Assembly (NCBI GenBank): GCA_965230955.1
Contig: OZ246404.1
Location: forward strand, 648,410 to 683,425
Direction of reading: 5' to 3'
DNA: 35,016 nt
Source of the DNA: an uncultured Candidatus Saccharibacteria bacterium
GTDB taxonomy: Bacteria > Patescibacteriota > CALEFQ01
A model generated the notes under the pieces. The model did not search any database, was not told where the DNA came from, and saw only the letters and a list, made by a program, of their open reading frames with translations. Shown here in pieces: positions 7,597 through 16,331 of this stretch. Each line of letters begins with the position of its first letter. Positions within the stretch are counted from its first letter, which is position 1. The translations under genes were made by a program, and so were the position numbers.

Positions 7597-10215
7597 TTAT
7601 TTATTCATATTTTTCTTCATCTGATCCAGGACCTTCAACGCTTCTATCGGTGTCAATTTATCAATATCCACCTGCTTCAATTCTTTTTCCACCGCACTTT
7701 CCGGGGCCGAACCGGTGAAAAGCGACGCCTGGCGCTCCGAAACTTTGTTTTTACCGATTTCTTTTTCAAATAATTGTTCGCCGGCTGTTAATTTTGACAA
7801 GACCTCCTGCGCCCGGCTGACAACGGTCGGCGGTAAACCGGCTAATTTCCCCACATAAATGCCATAGCTGCGATTCGTGCCGCCGGGAACAATTTTATAC
7901 AAGAAAGTAACTTCATCCCGACTTTCGCGCACCGCCACATTGTAATTTTTGACGCGCGGTAAAAGTTTTTCCAGTTCCAGCAATTCATGATAGTGAGTCG
8001 CGAAGAGAGTTTTGGCGCCAAGCGATTGCTTGCTGTGAACGTATTCCACCACCGCCCAGGCGATACTAATGCCGTCAAAAGTTGACGTGCCGCGGCCGAT
8101 TTCGTCGAGAATCACCAAGCTTTGGTGAGTAGCGGCATTGAGAATATTGGCGGTCTCTTGCATTTCCACCATGAAAGTACTCTGCCCGCGCACCAGATTA
8201 TCAGAAGCGCCGACACGGGTAAAAATACGATCGACAATTCCAATCCGCGCGCGTTCGGCCGGAATGAACGATCCGATTTGAGCCATAAGCACCAGCAAAG
8301 CCACCTGGCGGATATAAGTCGACTTGCCGGACATATTCGGCCCGGTAATAATCGCCACCTGCTCGCGCTTCGTGTTGAGTACGGTGTCATTTGGAACAAA
8401 TGTTCCTTCCGGGACAATCGTTTCCACCACCGGGTGGCGGCCTTCGATTATTTCCAGCGCCTCGCTGTCGTCGATTTGGGGCTGATTATATCGGCGCTCG
8501 CGGGCCAGTCGCGCGAAATTATTCAACAAATCGATATACGCCACCGCCAGCGCCGTCTTTTGCATTTCTTTTATTGATTTGGCCACTTCCGCCCGGACCG
8601 TGACAAAAATTTCGTATTCTTTTTGGATCAAACGCTCTTCGGAATTGATAATCAAATCTTCCTTCGCTTTCATTTCCGGAGTGATATAACGTTCGGCATT
8701 GACCAGAGTCTGTTTGCGGATGTAATTCGCCGGAACTTTACCGGTCTGGCCGTTGGGAACTTCGATGTAATAACCGAAAATTTTATTGTAGCGAACCTTC
8801 AGTTTGCCGATCCCCGTTCTCTTGATCTCTTGCCGCTCCAAATCTTTGATCCATTGCTGGCTATCAAGCGCGACCGCGCGAACTTCATCGAGATTTTTGT
8901 CATATCCGGGCTTGATCAAATGTCCTTCCCGAAGCAGCACCGAAGCATCATCACGAATCGATTGATCAATCAAGGCGATTACCGCCGGCAACTCACTCAA
9001 ATCGCGCGCCAGGCGCCGCAAGAGCGGAGCTTTATTGTCGCGGAGTGTTTGCCTGAGATCGCCGACCTGGCGGAAAGAATCGCGTAAAGCCAGCAAATCA
9101 CGAGCATTGGCGCTATCGTTTCCCAGTCGCCCCACCAGACGTTCAATATCAGCCACTTGCTTGAGAATTTCCACAATCGCCAATTGTTTGGCGCCATCAG
9201 CCATCAATTCGGCCACTACCTGGAGACGCTCTTTGATCCTGGCAACATCAATTAGCGGCTGCAAAATCGAACGGAACAACAAACGTGCTCCCATAGCCGT
9301 GACGCATTGATCCAAAGTATCGAGCAGAGTTCCTTTTTTGTCCCCGCCGCGAATCGTACTGACCAGCTCCAAATTTCTGATTGTCGCCTCATCCAGCAAC
9401 ATGAAATCTTCGGTGGTATATGATTTCGGCGGCCGCAAGTGTTTTAATTTTATTCGCTGAGTCTCTTGCAAATAGGCAACCAAGGCTCCGGCCGCGGCCA
9501 CGGAAATTTGATCTGCAGCCAAGCCGAAACTGTCCAACGAGGATATAGCGAATTGCTTTTTGATTGCCTCGGCCGCGGCCTCATCCTTAAAAGCCCAGTC
9601 ATCAAACGGAGTGAGATTAAGCGGCAATTGCGCCCGAAGCTGATCCAAGAATTTGTAGTCCTCGTATTTCGATCTGGGGATGAGGCATTCGCTCGGCTTA
9701 ATCCGAGCCAATTCGTCGCGCAAAGCAGTGTGTTTTTCATCATCAACCAGCTCGGTCAGTTTGAACTCGCCCGTCGTCATATCAACTACCGCCAAGCCGA
9801 TATTTTTTTTATCAAAAACCAGAGTCACCAAATAATTATTCTGCCGTTCTTCCAATAAATTATTCTCCTGGACGGTGCCGGGAGTGACAACTCGAACGAC
9901 TTCTCGCTTAACAATTCCCTTGGCCAGGGCAGGATCTTCTACCTGTTCACAAACCGCCACCTTTTTCCCGGCTTTAATCATTTTAGCCAAGTAGCTGTCC
10001 ACCGCGTGATAAGGCACGCCGCACAAAGGAACTTTGTCCTCGCCATCTTTATTTCGGCTGGTCAGAGCGATATCCAAAATCTTGGATGCCACCTTGGCAT
10101 CGTCAAAAAACATTTCATAAAAATCACCCATCCGGAAAAAGAGAATCGCATCACGATGTTGGTTTTTGATTGTTTTGTATTGCTTCAGTAAGGGGGTTTC
10201 TTTGGGCATAGCCAT
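7597..10215 (-). CDS. mutS: DNA mismatch repair protein MutS (MutS1)
   Basis: FFRMGDFYEMF, Walker A TGPNMSGKST, STFMVEM, DEIGRGTST, ATHYHEL, SYGI. Confidence 0.98.
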   Translation of the reverse strand: MAMPKETPLLKQYKTIKNQHRDAILFFRMGDFYEMFFDDAKVASKILDIALTSRNKDGEDKVPLCGVPYHAVDSYLAKMIKAGKKVAVCEQVEDPALAKGIVKREVVRVVTPGTVQENNLLEERQNNYLVTLVFDKKNIGLAVVDMTTGEFKLTELVDDEKHTALRDELARIKPSECLIPRSKYEDYKFLDQLRAQLPLNLTPFDDWAFKDEAAAEAIKKQFAISSLDSFGLAADQISVAAAGALVAYLQETQRIKLKHLRPPKSYTTEDFMLLDEATIRNLELVSTIRGGDKKGTLLDTLDQCVTAMGARLLFRSILQPLIDVARIKERLQVVAELMADGAKQLAIVEILKQVADIERLVGRLGNDSANARDLLALRDSFRQVGDLRQTLRDNKAPLLRRLARDLSELPAVIALIDQSIRDDASVLLREGHLIKPGYDKNLDEVRAVALDSQQWIKDLERQEIKRTGIGKLKVRYNKIFGYYIEVPNGQTGKVPANYIRKQTLVNAERYITPEMKAKEDLIINSEERLIQKEYEIFVTVRAEVAKSIKEMQKTALAVAYIDLLNNFARLARERRYNQPQIDDSEALEIIEGRHPVVETIVPEGTFVPNDTVLNTKREQVAIITGPNMSGKSTYIRQVALLVLMAQIGSFIPAERARIGIVDRIFTRVGASDNLVRGQSTFMVEMQETANILNAATHQSLVILDEIGRGTSTFDGISIAWAVVEYVHSKQSLGAKTLFATHYHELLELEKLLPRVKNYNVAVRESRDEVTFLYKIVPGGTNRSYGIYVGKLAGLPPTVVSRAQEVLSKLTAGEQLFEKEIGKNKVSERQASLFTGSAPESAVEKELKQVDIDKLTPIEALKVLDQMKKNMNK

Positions 10216-10328
10216 AATCCAAATTAGTTCTTTTTAGCTTATCATACACAAAAACAAGCGTCAAAAGCCTGTGGTTGACAAAAAATAATTTCGGGGCGGA
10301 TATTACCACCCCGCTGAGCTGCGCCAAT

Positions 10329-10350
10329 AAAAAACCGTCCAGGCAGACGG
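10329..10350 (-). terminator. Intrinsic terminator after the Ig-like lipoprotein gene
   Basis: CCGTC-TGCCTG-GACGG-TTTTTT on the minus strand. Confidence 0.6.
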
Positions 10351-10372
10351 CTTGATATCGGACGTTAGAATT

Positions 10373-10906
10373 TCACTGATTCGCGGAAATCACTTCAAAT
10401 TTACTGGTGTAGCAAATATTATTCAAGAACGCCTGGTCATTTTTTTCTAAGGCGATGTCATGGCGCGATTTTATGCCGCAAGTAGCAACAAATTCCACAG
10501 TTTCACCCGGCAAATAATTTTGATTTGGCACCAATTGTAATTCCTCACTGAGTGAATCCAAAGCGGTAGAAAATCCGATATTCTCCAGGTTTTCATTTAA
10601 ATCGGGATTGATATAATGCAACTTTATGTTTTCTTGACTGATCGTCGCCGGATCAACCGGCTCGCTGAACTTGATAACAACATTGGTATTAGCCGCCACC
10701 CCCGTGGCGTCGTGAGCCGGAAAAATTTCTTTGATTTTCAAATTAGGCACCGCCGGCTTTACTTCAACGTCGCTAAAAGGCAACCAGGAACTGCCATCCA
10801 GGCTGTCTCCCACTGCCGTCCCCGCTTGCTGACAGCCGGACATAACAAAAATCGCAAACAACATAACACCAACCGCCCAAATTTTGATATTTATTTTAGC
10901 CATCAT
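10373..10906 (-). CDS. Lipoprotein with SbsA/Big_5-type Ig-like domain
   Basis: Lipobox MSGC; P...ATGVA.NT.V.I.FSEPVDP.T pattern. Confidence 0.75.
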   Translation of the reverse strand: MMAKINIKIWAVGVMLFAIFVMSGCQQAGTAVGDSLDGSSWLPFSDVEVKPAVPNLKIKEIFPAHDATGVAANTNVVIKFSEPVDPATISQENIKLHYINPDLNENLENIGFSTALDSLSEELQLVPNQNYLPGETVEFVATCGIKSRHDIALEKNDQAFLNNICYTSKFEVISANQ

Positions 10907-10930
10907 GGAAATTTTAAGTTTTATGTTTTT

Positions 10931-11443
10931 TCATCCCATCCACCCGCGCCATTTTACTCTCACAATATCGGCATCTTTTGATGAAGAAATATCCAGTTCG
11001 CCATTGAACGCCCGCGTCACTTGCTTGCCCAGCGAGATCGCCAGTTGGTTTTCGGTGGTATAAACCATTATTTTTTTACCGAGATCTTCCGAAGTAAAAA
11101 TGCGATCAAGCGGGTCGCGCTCCGTCGCTCGTTCGCCGGCATTTTTCAGTAGTTTAAGAATTTCCTGTTTTTGTCCGGCAGAGACGAAACCATCCAATTC
11201 CAGCACGCCTTCCGCTTCTTCTTTTCGCATCGTCCGGCAAGCCGGGCAAACGGACTTGGCCTGGTCATCGTTTTTGTGTTCTGCCGCCAAAACTTCATTC
11301 CATTGCCAACGTTTGTTATGATATACGGCCCGGCACTTGGTACAAATCAAAAAACCTGCAGGCTCTTTACCAGCCACGTGCCGCTGACGGCCATGATCTT
11401 TTTGGATGGGGCCCTGAAATGTTTCGCCTGAATGTTTAGACAT
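10931..11443 (-). CDS. BCAM0308-family protein (Cys-rich, NMD3-like zinc site)
   Basis: CTKCRAVYHNKRWQW, CPAC, RDPLDRI, TTENQLAISLG pattern. Confidence 0.75.
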   Translation of the reverse strand: MSKHSGETFQGPIQKDHGRQRHVAGKEPAGFLICTKCRAVYHNKRWQWNEVLAAEHKNDDQAKSVCPACRTMRKEEAEGVLELDGFVSAGQKQEILKLLKNAGERATERDPLDRIFTSEDLGKKIMVYTTENQLAISLGKQVTRAFNGELDISSSKDADIVRVKWRGWMG

Positions 11444-11462
11444 ATTTTGAAGTTATAATTAA

Positions 11463-11491
11463 ACTATACCATAAATCACGGTAGTGGACAA
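11463..11491 (-). promoter_or_regulatory. Sigma70 promoter
   Basis: TTGTCC-N17-TATAGT with TG extension, upstream of the ATG at 11443. Confidence 0.6.
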
Positions 11492-11501
11492 TACCGGCGA
11501 T

Positions 11502-11612
11502 CCAATATCAAATAGAATTAGATTTCAAAGCCGGAATGACATTTTCTACATTGATATTTGAGAGTTTATTCGATATTGGTTATTTGTGATTTGATATTCT
11601 TTGTTGGATATT
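11502..11612. repeat. Imperfect AT-rich inverted repeat with gatatt-type short repeats
   Basis: ccaatatcaaatagaa (11502-11517) versus gtttattcgatattgg (11564-11579); tract runs into the methyltransferase 3' end. Confidence 0.6.
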
Positions 11613-12320
11613 CTTTTTAGCCACTGTTATAATGTTATACCCGGTGGCTTCCGTCGCGCGCTGACCTTGTTTGACATAATACTGCTCTTCCAGGCTAAAG
11701 TTTGAGCGCTGTAACAGGCCGGTCAGTTCCTCGGCGCTAAATCCATGATAGTATCGATATATGACCGGAATCGACGCCTTCCAGGGATAAAGGAAATCAC
11801 CGGCGTCAAACTTGGCCGTCCGAAACAAGCCCTGGGACTTTTGCAGATAAGGCTGAAATTTTTCCTGATGCAAAATATTCCAGTTTATCATCACCAGGCA
11901 ACCATTGGGCAACAGCAAACGATGGAAATTATTAAGTACCGCCAGACGATACTTTTCCCCGGGAATATGCTGGAAAGTGGCAATGCAAAAAATGAGACTA
12001 AAAGATTCCTCGGGAAAATTCGAGAGATCAATCAGATTGTGCCGATTAAACTTCGCACCGTAACGCTCATTGGCAATCGCCACCAGCTTTTTGCTGCCGT
12101 CGATACCCTGATAGCGGACATTTTTTTCTTTTAATAACTCGTATAAACGGCCATTACCGCAACCGGCGTCCAATATCCGATCACCGGTCTCGACATACTG
12201 GTCGACCAAAAGCCTCATTTCTTCCCAGGGGAAAGCTCGAGTCGTCGAAAAATCCGAAGCCATCTTGTCATAATCATCTTCGGTCTTACGCAACAAATAA
12301 TCGGCAAATTTATCATCCAT
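11580..12320 (-). CDS. Trm9/ALKBH8-type tRNA carboxymethyluridine methyltransferase homolog
   Basis: YDKMASDFSTTRAFPW, LDAGCGNG, CIATFQHIP, R..VL...RLLLPNG.LVMINW, LYPW and RYYHGFSAEEL match motifs remembered for Trm9/ALKBH8; start at MDDKFA (12320). Confidence 0.75.
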   Translation of the reverse strand: MDDKFADYLLRKTEDDYDKMASDFSTTRAFPWEEMRLLVDQYVETGDRILDAGCGNGRLYELLKEKNVRYQGIDGSKKLVAIANERYGAKFNRHNLIDLSNFPEESFSLIFCIATFQHIPGEKYRLAVLNNFHRLLLPNGCLVMINWNILHQEKFQPYLQKSQGLFRTAKFDAGDFLYPWKASIPVIYRYYHGFSAEELTGLLQRSNFSLEEQYYVKQGQRATEATGYNIITVAKKNIQQRISNHK

Positions 12321-13878
12321 GGAACTAGAAAGAATAATTAGAAAATTAAACTCCGAGCCGCGGCTCGATCGTTCCCGCCTGGAAAAAATCAAGCGTCAAT
12401 TGGCCGGACAATACCACCGGCCCTGCGCCACCAATATTGACTTGTTGCGCGCCTATCGTACTCTCGTCGTCCGGGATCAAATCAGTCCAAATCAGCTTTT
12501 GGAACGCCTACTGCGTATCCGAGCCGTCCGCACCCTCAGCGGGGTCGCGGTTATTTCCGTTTTGACCAAACCTTATCGCTGTCCCGGCGACTGCCTCTTT
12601 TGCCCCACCGAAAAAAATGTTCCCAAAAGTTATTCGCCGAACGAACCCGCCGTGATGCGCGCCATTCTATGCCGGTATGATCCTTACCGCCAAGTGCAAG
12701 CCCGCCTGCAGTCACTGTCACGCACAGGCCACGACACTTCCAAATGCGAGCTCATAATTATCGGCGCGACTTTCCTGGCTTATCCCCAAAAATATCAAAC
12801 CTGGTTCATCAAACGCTGTTTCGACGGTTTCAACGGACATAATTATAACACACTGGCCCGCTCCCAAAAAGCCAATGAAAAAACCAAGCATCACTGCATC
12901 GGTTTGTCGGTCGAAACCCGACCGGATACAATCAACGAAAAATCGGTGGCCCGATTGCGCGAATTGGGCGCGACCAGGATTGAACTCGGCGTCCAGCATC
13001 TGGACAACAAGGTTCTGAAATACAATCGGCGCGGCCACACCGTCGAACAAACTATTGCCGCCACTCGTCTGCTCAAAGACGCCGGTTTTAAGATTTGCTA
13101 TCACCTGATGCCGGGCTTGCCGAAATCCACCCCGGCCAAGGATCTCGACTTTTTCAAAAAGACATTTTCCGACCAGAATTTTCGTCCGGATTTATTGAAA
13201 ATATATCCTTGTGCGGTCACCAAATCCTCCCCCCTGTATCGTCTCTGGCGCAGCGGACGGTATCGACCGATGACCACCAAGCGTCTGACGGAATTACTCG
13301 TTAAAATTAAGCGGACTATCCCCCTGTACGTTCGTATCTCTCGCCTGATCCGCGACATTCCCGCCAATGAAATCATGAGTGGAAACAAAGTTACAAACCT
13401 GCGCCAGGAAGTTCAGCGACTGATGGCCACACGAAACATCAGTTGTCGCTGTATTCGGTGCCGAGAAGCTCGCGTTCAACCGGCCAAACTCGGCGACCTG
13501 AAATTATTCATCGAAAAATATTCCGCCTCCGACGGGACCGAGCATTTTTTGACTTATGAAAGCCGTGACCGCTCGATCCTGTTTGCCTTCCTGCGCTTGC
13601 GTCTGCCCGCTCAAACATATCTGCCGGAATTAGCCAATAGCGCCCTGATCCGGGAACTGCACACCTACGGCGAGGTGGTACCGGTAGGACGGCCTGGTAA
13701 AAAAGCTACCCAGCATCTGGGACTGGGACGTAAATTGATGGCTGAAGCCGAGAAAATCGCAGCACGACAAGGCTATCTCAAAATGGCCGTGATCAGCGGC
13801 ATCGGAGTGCGAGCCTACTATCGAAAAACCGGCTATAAACTGCAAGGAACATATATGATAAAAAAACTAAAACCATGA
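12319..13878 (+). CDS. elp3: Elp3 radical SAM / KAT tRNA U34 carboxymethyltransferase
   Basis: RTLSGVA, CPGDCLFC (CxxxCxxC), ETRPD, ELGVQ, LKIYP, RELHTYG, QHLGLGRKLM, ISGIGVRAYY. Confidence 0.95.
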   Translation: MELERIIRKLNSEPRLDRSRLEKIKRQLAGQYHRPCATNIDLLRAYRTLVVRDQISPNQLLERLLRIRAVRTLSGVAVISVLTKPYRCPGDCLFCPTEKNVPKSYSPNEPAVMRAILCRYDPYRQVQARLQSLSRTGHDTSKCELIIIGATFLAYPQKYQTWFIKRCFDGFNGHNYNTLARSQKANEKTKHHCIGLSVETRPDTINEKSVARLRELGATRIELGVQHLDNKVLKYNRRGHTVEQTIAATRLLKDAGFKICYHLMPGLPKSTPAKDLDFFKKTFSDQNFRPDLLKIYPCAVTKSSPLYRLWRSGRYRPMTTKRLTELLVKIKRTIPLYVRISRLIRDIPANEIMSGNKVTNLRQEVQRLMATRNISCRCIRCREARVQPAKLGDLKLFIEKYSASDGTEHFLTYESRDRSILFAFLRLRLPAQTYLPELANSALIRELHTYGEVVPVGRPGKKATQHLGLGRKLMAEAEKIAARQGYLKMAVISGIGVRAYYRKTGYKLQGTYMIKKLKP

Positions 13879-14462
13879 CCAAGCCAATAAAACTTGTGGT
13901 TTTCGACCAAGACGGCGTCCTGGTGCTTGGCGACGCCCTCGACGACATGGCGGAATTCCTCGGGTGCGGATCGGCCAGCCGCGAGCTAACCCGAAAACTT
14001 CAGGCGGGAGAAATTACCCTGCGCGACGCACTAACCGGGAAAAAAGCGCTGTTTAAAAATATGCCGACCAGTCGCGTGACCAAGGCGTTGACAGCCATAA
14101 AATACGATCCCGATACCATGGCGATACTCCAAGAATTGCGCCGCCGAGGAATCAAAACCATGCTGGTCACCGGCTCCTGGACCATCACGGCTTTTTTCAC
14201 CCAGCGCAAATTCAAGCTTGATTACACGGCCAGTTCCGATGCCAAAACAACCATGGCCGGAAATCAAAAAATAGACGCCATCGACAAAATCGCCCAACAG
14301 CTCGGAATAACAACCGACGAGATCCTCGCCGTCGGCAACACCAGCGCCGATACTCCGATGCTACGCCATGTTGGTCGCGGCTTGTGCCTCCGTCCGGTAA
14401 ACGGAATAGACAAAGATTTTCCAACAATTTCAACCCTAGCCGAAATCGTTAAGTATCTCTAA
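13875..14462 (+). CDS. HAD-superfamily hydrolase, SerB/PSP-like
   Basis: FDQDGVL motif I, LVTGS motif II, K, VGN..AD motif IV variant; ATGA overlap with elp3. Confidence 0.85.
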   Translation: MTKPIKLVVFDQDGVLVLGDALDDMAEFLGCGSASRELTRKLQAGEITLRDALTGKKALFKNMPTSRVTKALTAIKYDPDTMAILQELRRRGIKTMLVTGSWTITAFFTQRKFKLDYTASSDAKTTMAGNQKIDAIDKIAQQLGITTDEILAVGNTSADTPMLRHVGRGLCLRPVNGIDKDFPTISTLAEIVKYL

Positions 14463-14464
14463 AT

Positions 14465-14499
14465 AAAAAAACGGGGCGGCCCAGAGCGACCCGTTTTTT
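14465..14499. terminator. Bidirectional intrinsic terminator
   Basis: aaaaaaacggg...cccgtttttt between convergent genes. Confidence 0.75.
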
Positions 14500-14527
14500 A
14501 TTTTGCATTTCCCGGCCGTTTCAGAAT

Positions 14528-15190
14528 CTATTGTTTTTGAACATCGTCGGCCATAGCCTGTAATTGCAATTTCCCCATTAGATTCGCCGCGATCATCATC
14601 GCGTAGGGATAGGTGAAAAAGATCCCAACAAATATGATGAGCGACCCGGCGCCGGCAATCATACCAGCCACATAACAGAGCAACATGGTCAAAATGACGA
14701 TGTAAATATTTTTCCTGGTAAATTTCCAAAGCTCTTTGACGGAAAAAGTCTCACCGATTCTATCGGTCATGGCAAAGCGCAAGTAAATTGACGGCCAAAA
14801 GACCGAATAACAAATACTGCCGACAATCGCCAGCGCATAAAAAATAACCAGAAAAGGGATTCCCTGCCAATAAGCCGACATGATGAAAGAGAAAAACAGT
14901 AAAAAGAACGGGACCAAAACGATAATCCAAAATGGCACAAGATAGATTAAATAGCAGCCGATTAATTTCAGGCCGGTGATAAACATTTCCCCGAAATTAG
15001 TCCATTCCGGCAAGGGATAAGGCTCGCGTCGAATCACATTGCGAGTGATCCAGACCATATAGCCCAGCATAAAAGGAATCCCGACCAGAAAGAAACTCAA
15101 CAAAAGGAACAGCGCGCCCATACCAACCTTAGCCGGCCAACGCGCATCTTTGAAGACATATCCGAAGGCTTCTCCGACATTGTCAATCAT
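14528..15190 (-). CDS. DUF4013 family membrane protein
   Basis: AFGYVFKD..W..K, GIPFMLGY, PLPEW.NFGEMF..GLK pattern; multi-TM. Confidence 0.85.
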   Translation of the reverse strand: MIDNVGEAFGYVFKDARWPAKVGMGALFLLLSFFLVGIPFMLGYMVWITRNVIRREPYPLPEWTNFGEMFITGLKLIGCYLIYLVPFWIIVLVPFFLLFFSFIMSAYWQGIPFLVIFYALAIVGSICYSVFWPSIYLRFAMTDRIGETFSVKELWKFTRKNIYIVILTMLLCYVAGMIAGAGSLIIFVGIFFTYPYAMMIAANLMGKLQLQAMADDVQKQ

Positions 15191-15194
15191 AAAT

Positions 15195-15995
15195 TTATTT
15201 TAATTTTTCAACATTACTTATTTGCCATTTCGACAACGGCTTTTCCTGATTCGGGATCAAATCCACCGAAAACTCCGTCTCCGCCGTCCCGTCGGTTAAT
15301 TTCACGCGATCTCGCTCACGACCATCGGCCAAGGAGATCTCTTGCAATTCGAATTCCCGAGCCGTCACCACGGCTTCCGGCCAAGCAAATAAGTCGAACG
15401 GGGCGGACCGCCCGCGCAATTCCGGCGTCAATAATTCCGCCGCTTCATCTGATTTGCTGTTGTTGATGAAATCAATAAACTTCAAAATAGTGCTTTGCCC
15501 GGGAGTATCGCCGGCCAGCTGTTCTCGGACCGGCTGAACCGCCAAAATGGAATTGAACATTTTAAATTTTGTTTCTCGGCCGGTACTGTCACTGGCGTGC
15601 GCGGTCAATAAATATTGCCCTTCGCCCTGAGGCACGTGGATAATCGTCGCCCAGTGGCACACGTCACCGGTGTCTTCCGGACTCAACTTGCTCGCCGGCA
15701 AAAGTTCATAGGGAGATAGGTCATAAGTAGCCAGAGTCTCTCCGCCTTGAGTCGGGTCAACGCGCGGAGCCACTTCCAGCCAGACCCGTGACGCTTCGCC
15801 TTTGACAAACACACTGACCACCGGCTGGGAATTGACGGTCACGAATTTCGGCTCAACCGCTGCCGCCTTGATTCCAACCGACGGAGCCCGAGTTTCTTCA
15901 CCTCGATCGAATACTTTGGCATCAATCAAAAAACCCAGGCCGACCACCGCCAAAGTGATAAAAACAGCTAAGGTGATTTTACCGAAAGTATTCAC
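15195..15995 (-). CDS. Hypothetical membrane-anchored extracytoplasmic protein
   Basis: 266 aa from GTG; N-terminal hydrophobic anchor then soluble domain. Confidence 0.7.
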   Translation of the reverse strand: MNTFGKITLAVFITLAVVGLGFLIDAKVFDRGEETRAPSVGIKAAAVEPKFVTVNSQPVVSVFVKGEASRVWLEVAPRVDPTQGGETLATYDLSPYELLPASKLSPEDTGDVCHWATIIHVPQGEGQYLLTAHASDSTGRETKFKMFNSILAVQPVREQLAGDTPGQSTILKFIDFINNSKSDEAAELLTPELRGRSAPFDLFAWPEAVVTAREFELQEISLADGRERDRVKLTDGTAETEFSVDLIPNQEKPLSKWQISNVEKLK

Positions 15996-15998
15996 GGG

Positions 15999-16193
15999 CT
16001 ATTCCTTCTCGGTTACGATTAATTTGGCCTCGCGTAATTTATTTTGCAAAAATTGATGCAACTTTTCCGCTTCTTTTACCAAAGCCATGCCCTCTTCCAC
16101 TTCCAGATCAGCGCTTTCCAGCTTGCGCGAAATCTCCTCCATTTTTCCGAAGGCTTCTTTGAATGACATCTCTTTTTTGTATTTCTTGGTCAT
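15999..16193 (-). CDS. xseB: Exodeoxyribonuclease VII small subunit
   Basis: SFKEAFGKMEEI...LES..LEVEEGMAL.KEA..L...L; downstream of xseA; ATG at 16193. Confidence 0.9.
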   Translation of the reverse strand: MTKKYKKEMSFKEAFGKMEEISRKLESADLEVEEGMALVKEAEKLHQFLQNKLREAKLIVTEKE

Positions 16194-16230
16194 AATTTTC
16201 TGTAGGTAAAACATTTAATGTATTTTCACC

Positions 16231-16253
16231 GGACGAACGGCGTTCGCCCCTAC
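16231..16253 (-). repeat. GTAG-type REP-like palindrome
   Basis: Minus strand GTAG-GGGCGAAC-GCC-GTTCGTCC. Confidence 0.75.
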
Positions 16254-16257
16254 CGCT

Positions 16258-16331
16258 TTCTTACATCTTACATCTTAAATCTTATCTCTTATTTCTTAAC
16301 ATCTTAATACTCTTAATATCTTACTTCTTAC
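16258..16331. repeat. Degenerate 7-mer tandem tract (NTCTTAN), about 10 units
   Basis: ttcttac atcttac atcttaa atcttat ctcttat ttcttaa ...; contains the xseA stop codon. Confidence 0.85.

Noticed and set aside
10275-10306. Plus-strand TTGACA upstream of mutS
   Set aside because: No -10 hexamer at 16-18 nt spacing and no plus-strand gene downstream
10335-10365. GCCGTCTGCCTGGAC on the minus strand resembles the 3' P3 part of a ZTP (pfl) riboswitch
   Set aside because: The required 5' aptamer (GACUGGCG...GUGG...CCAC) is absent upstream, and the segment is explained as a terminator hairpin with a T6 tail
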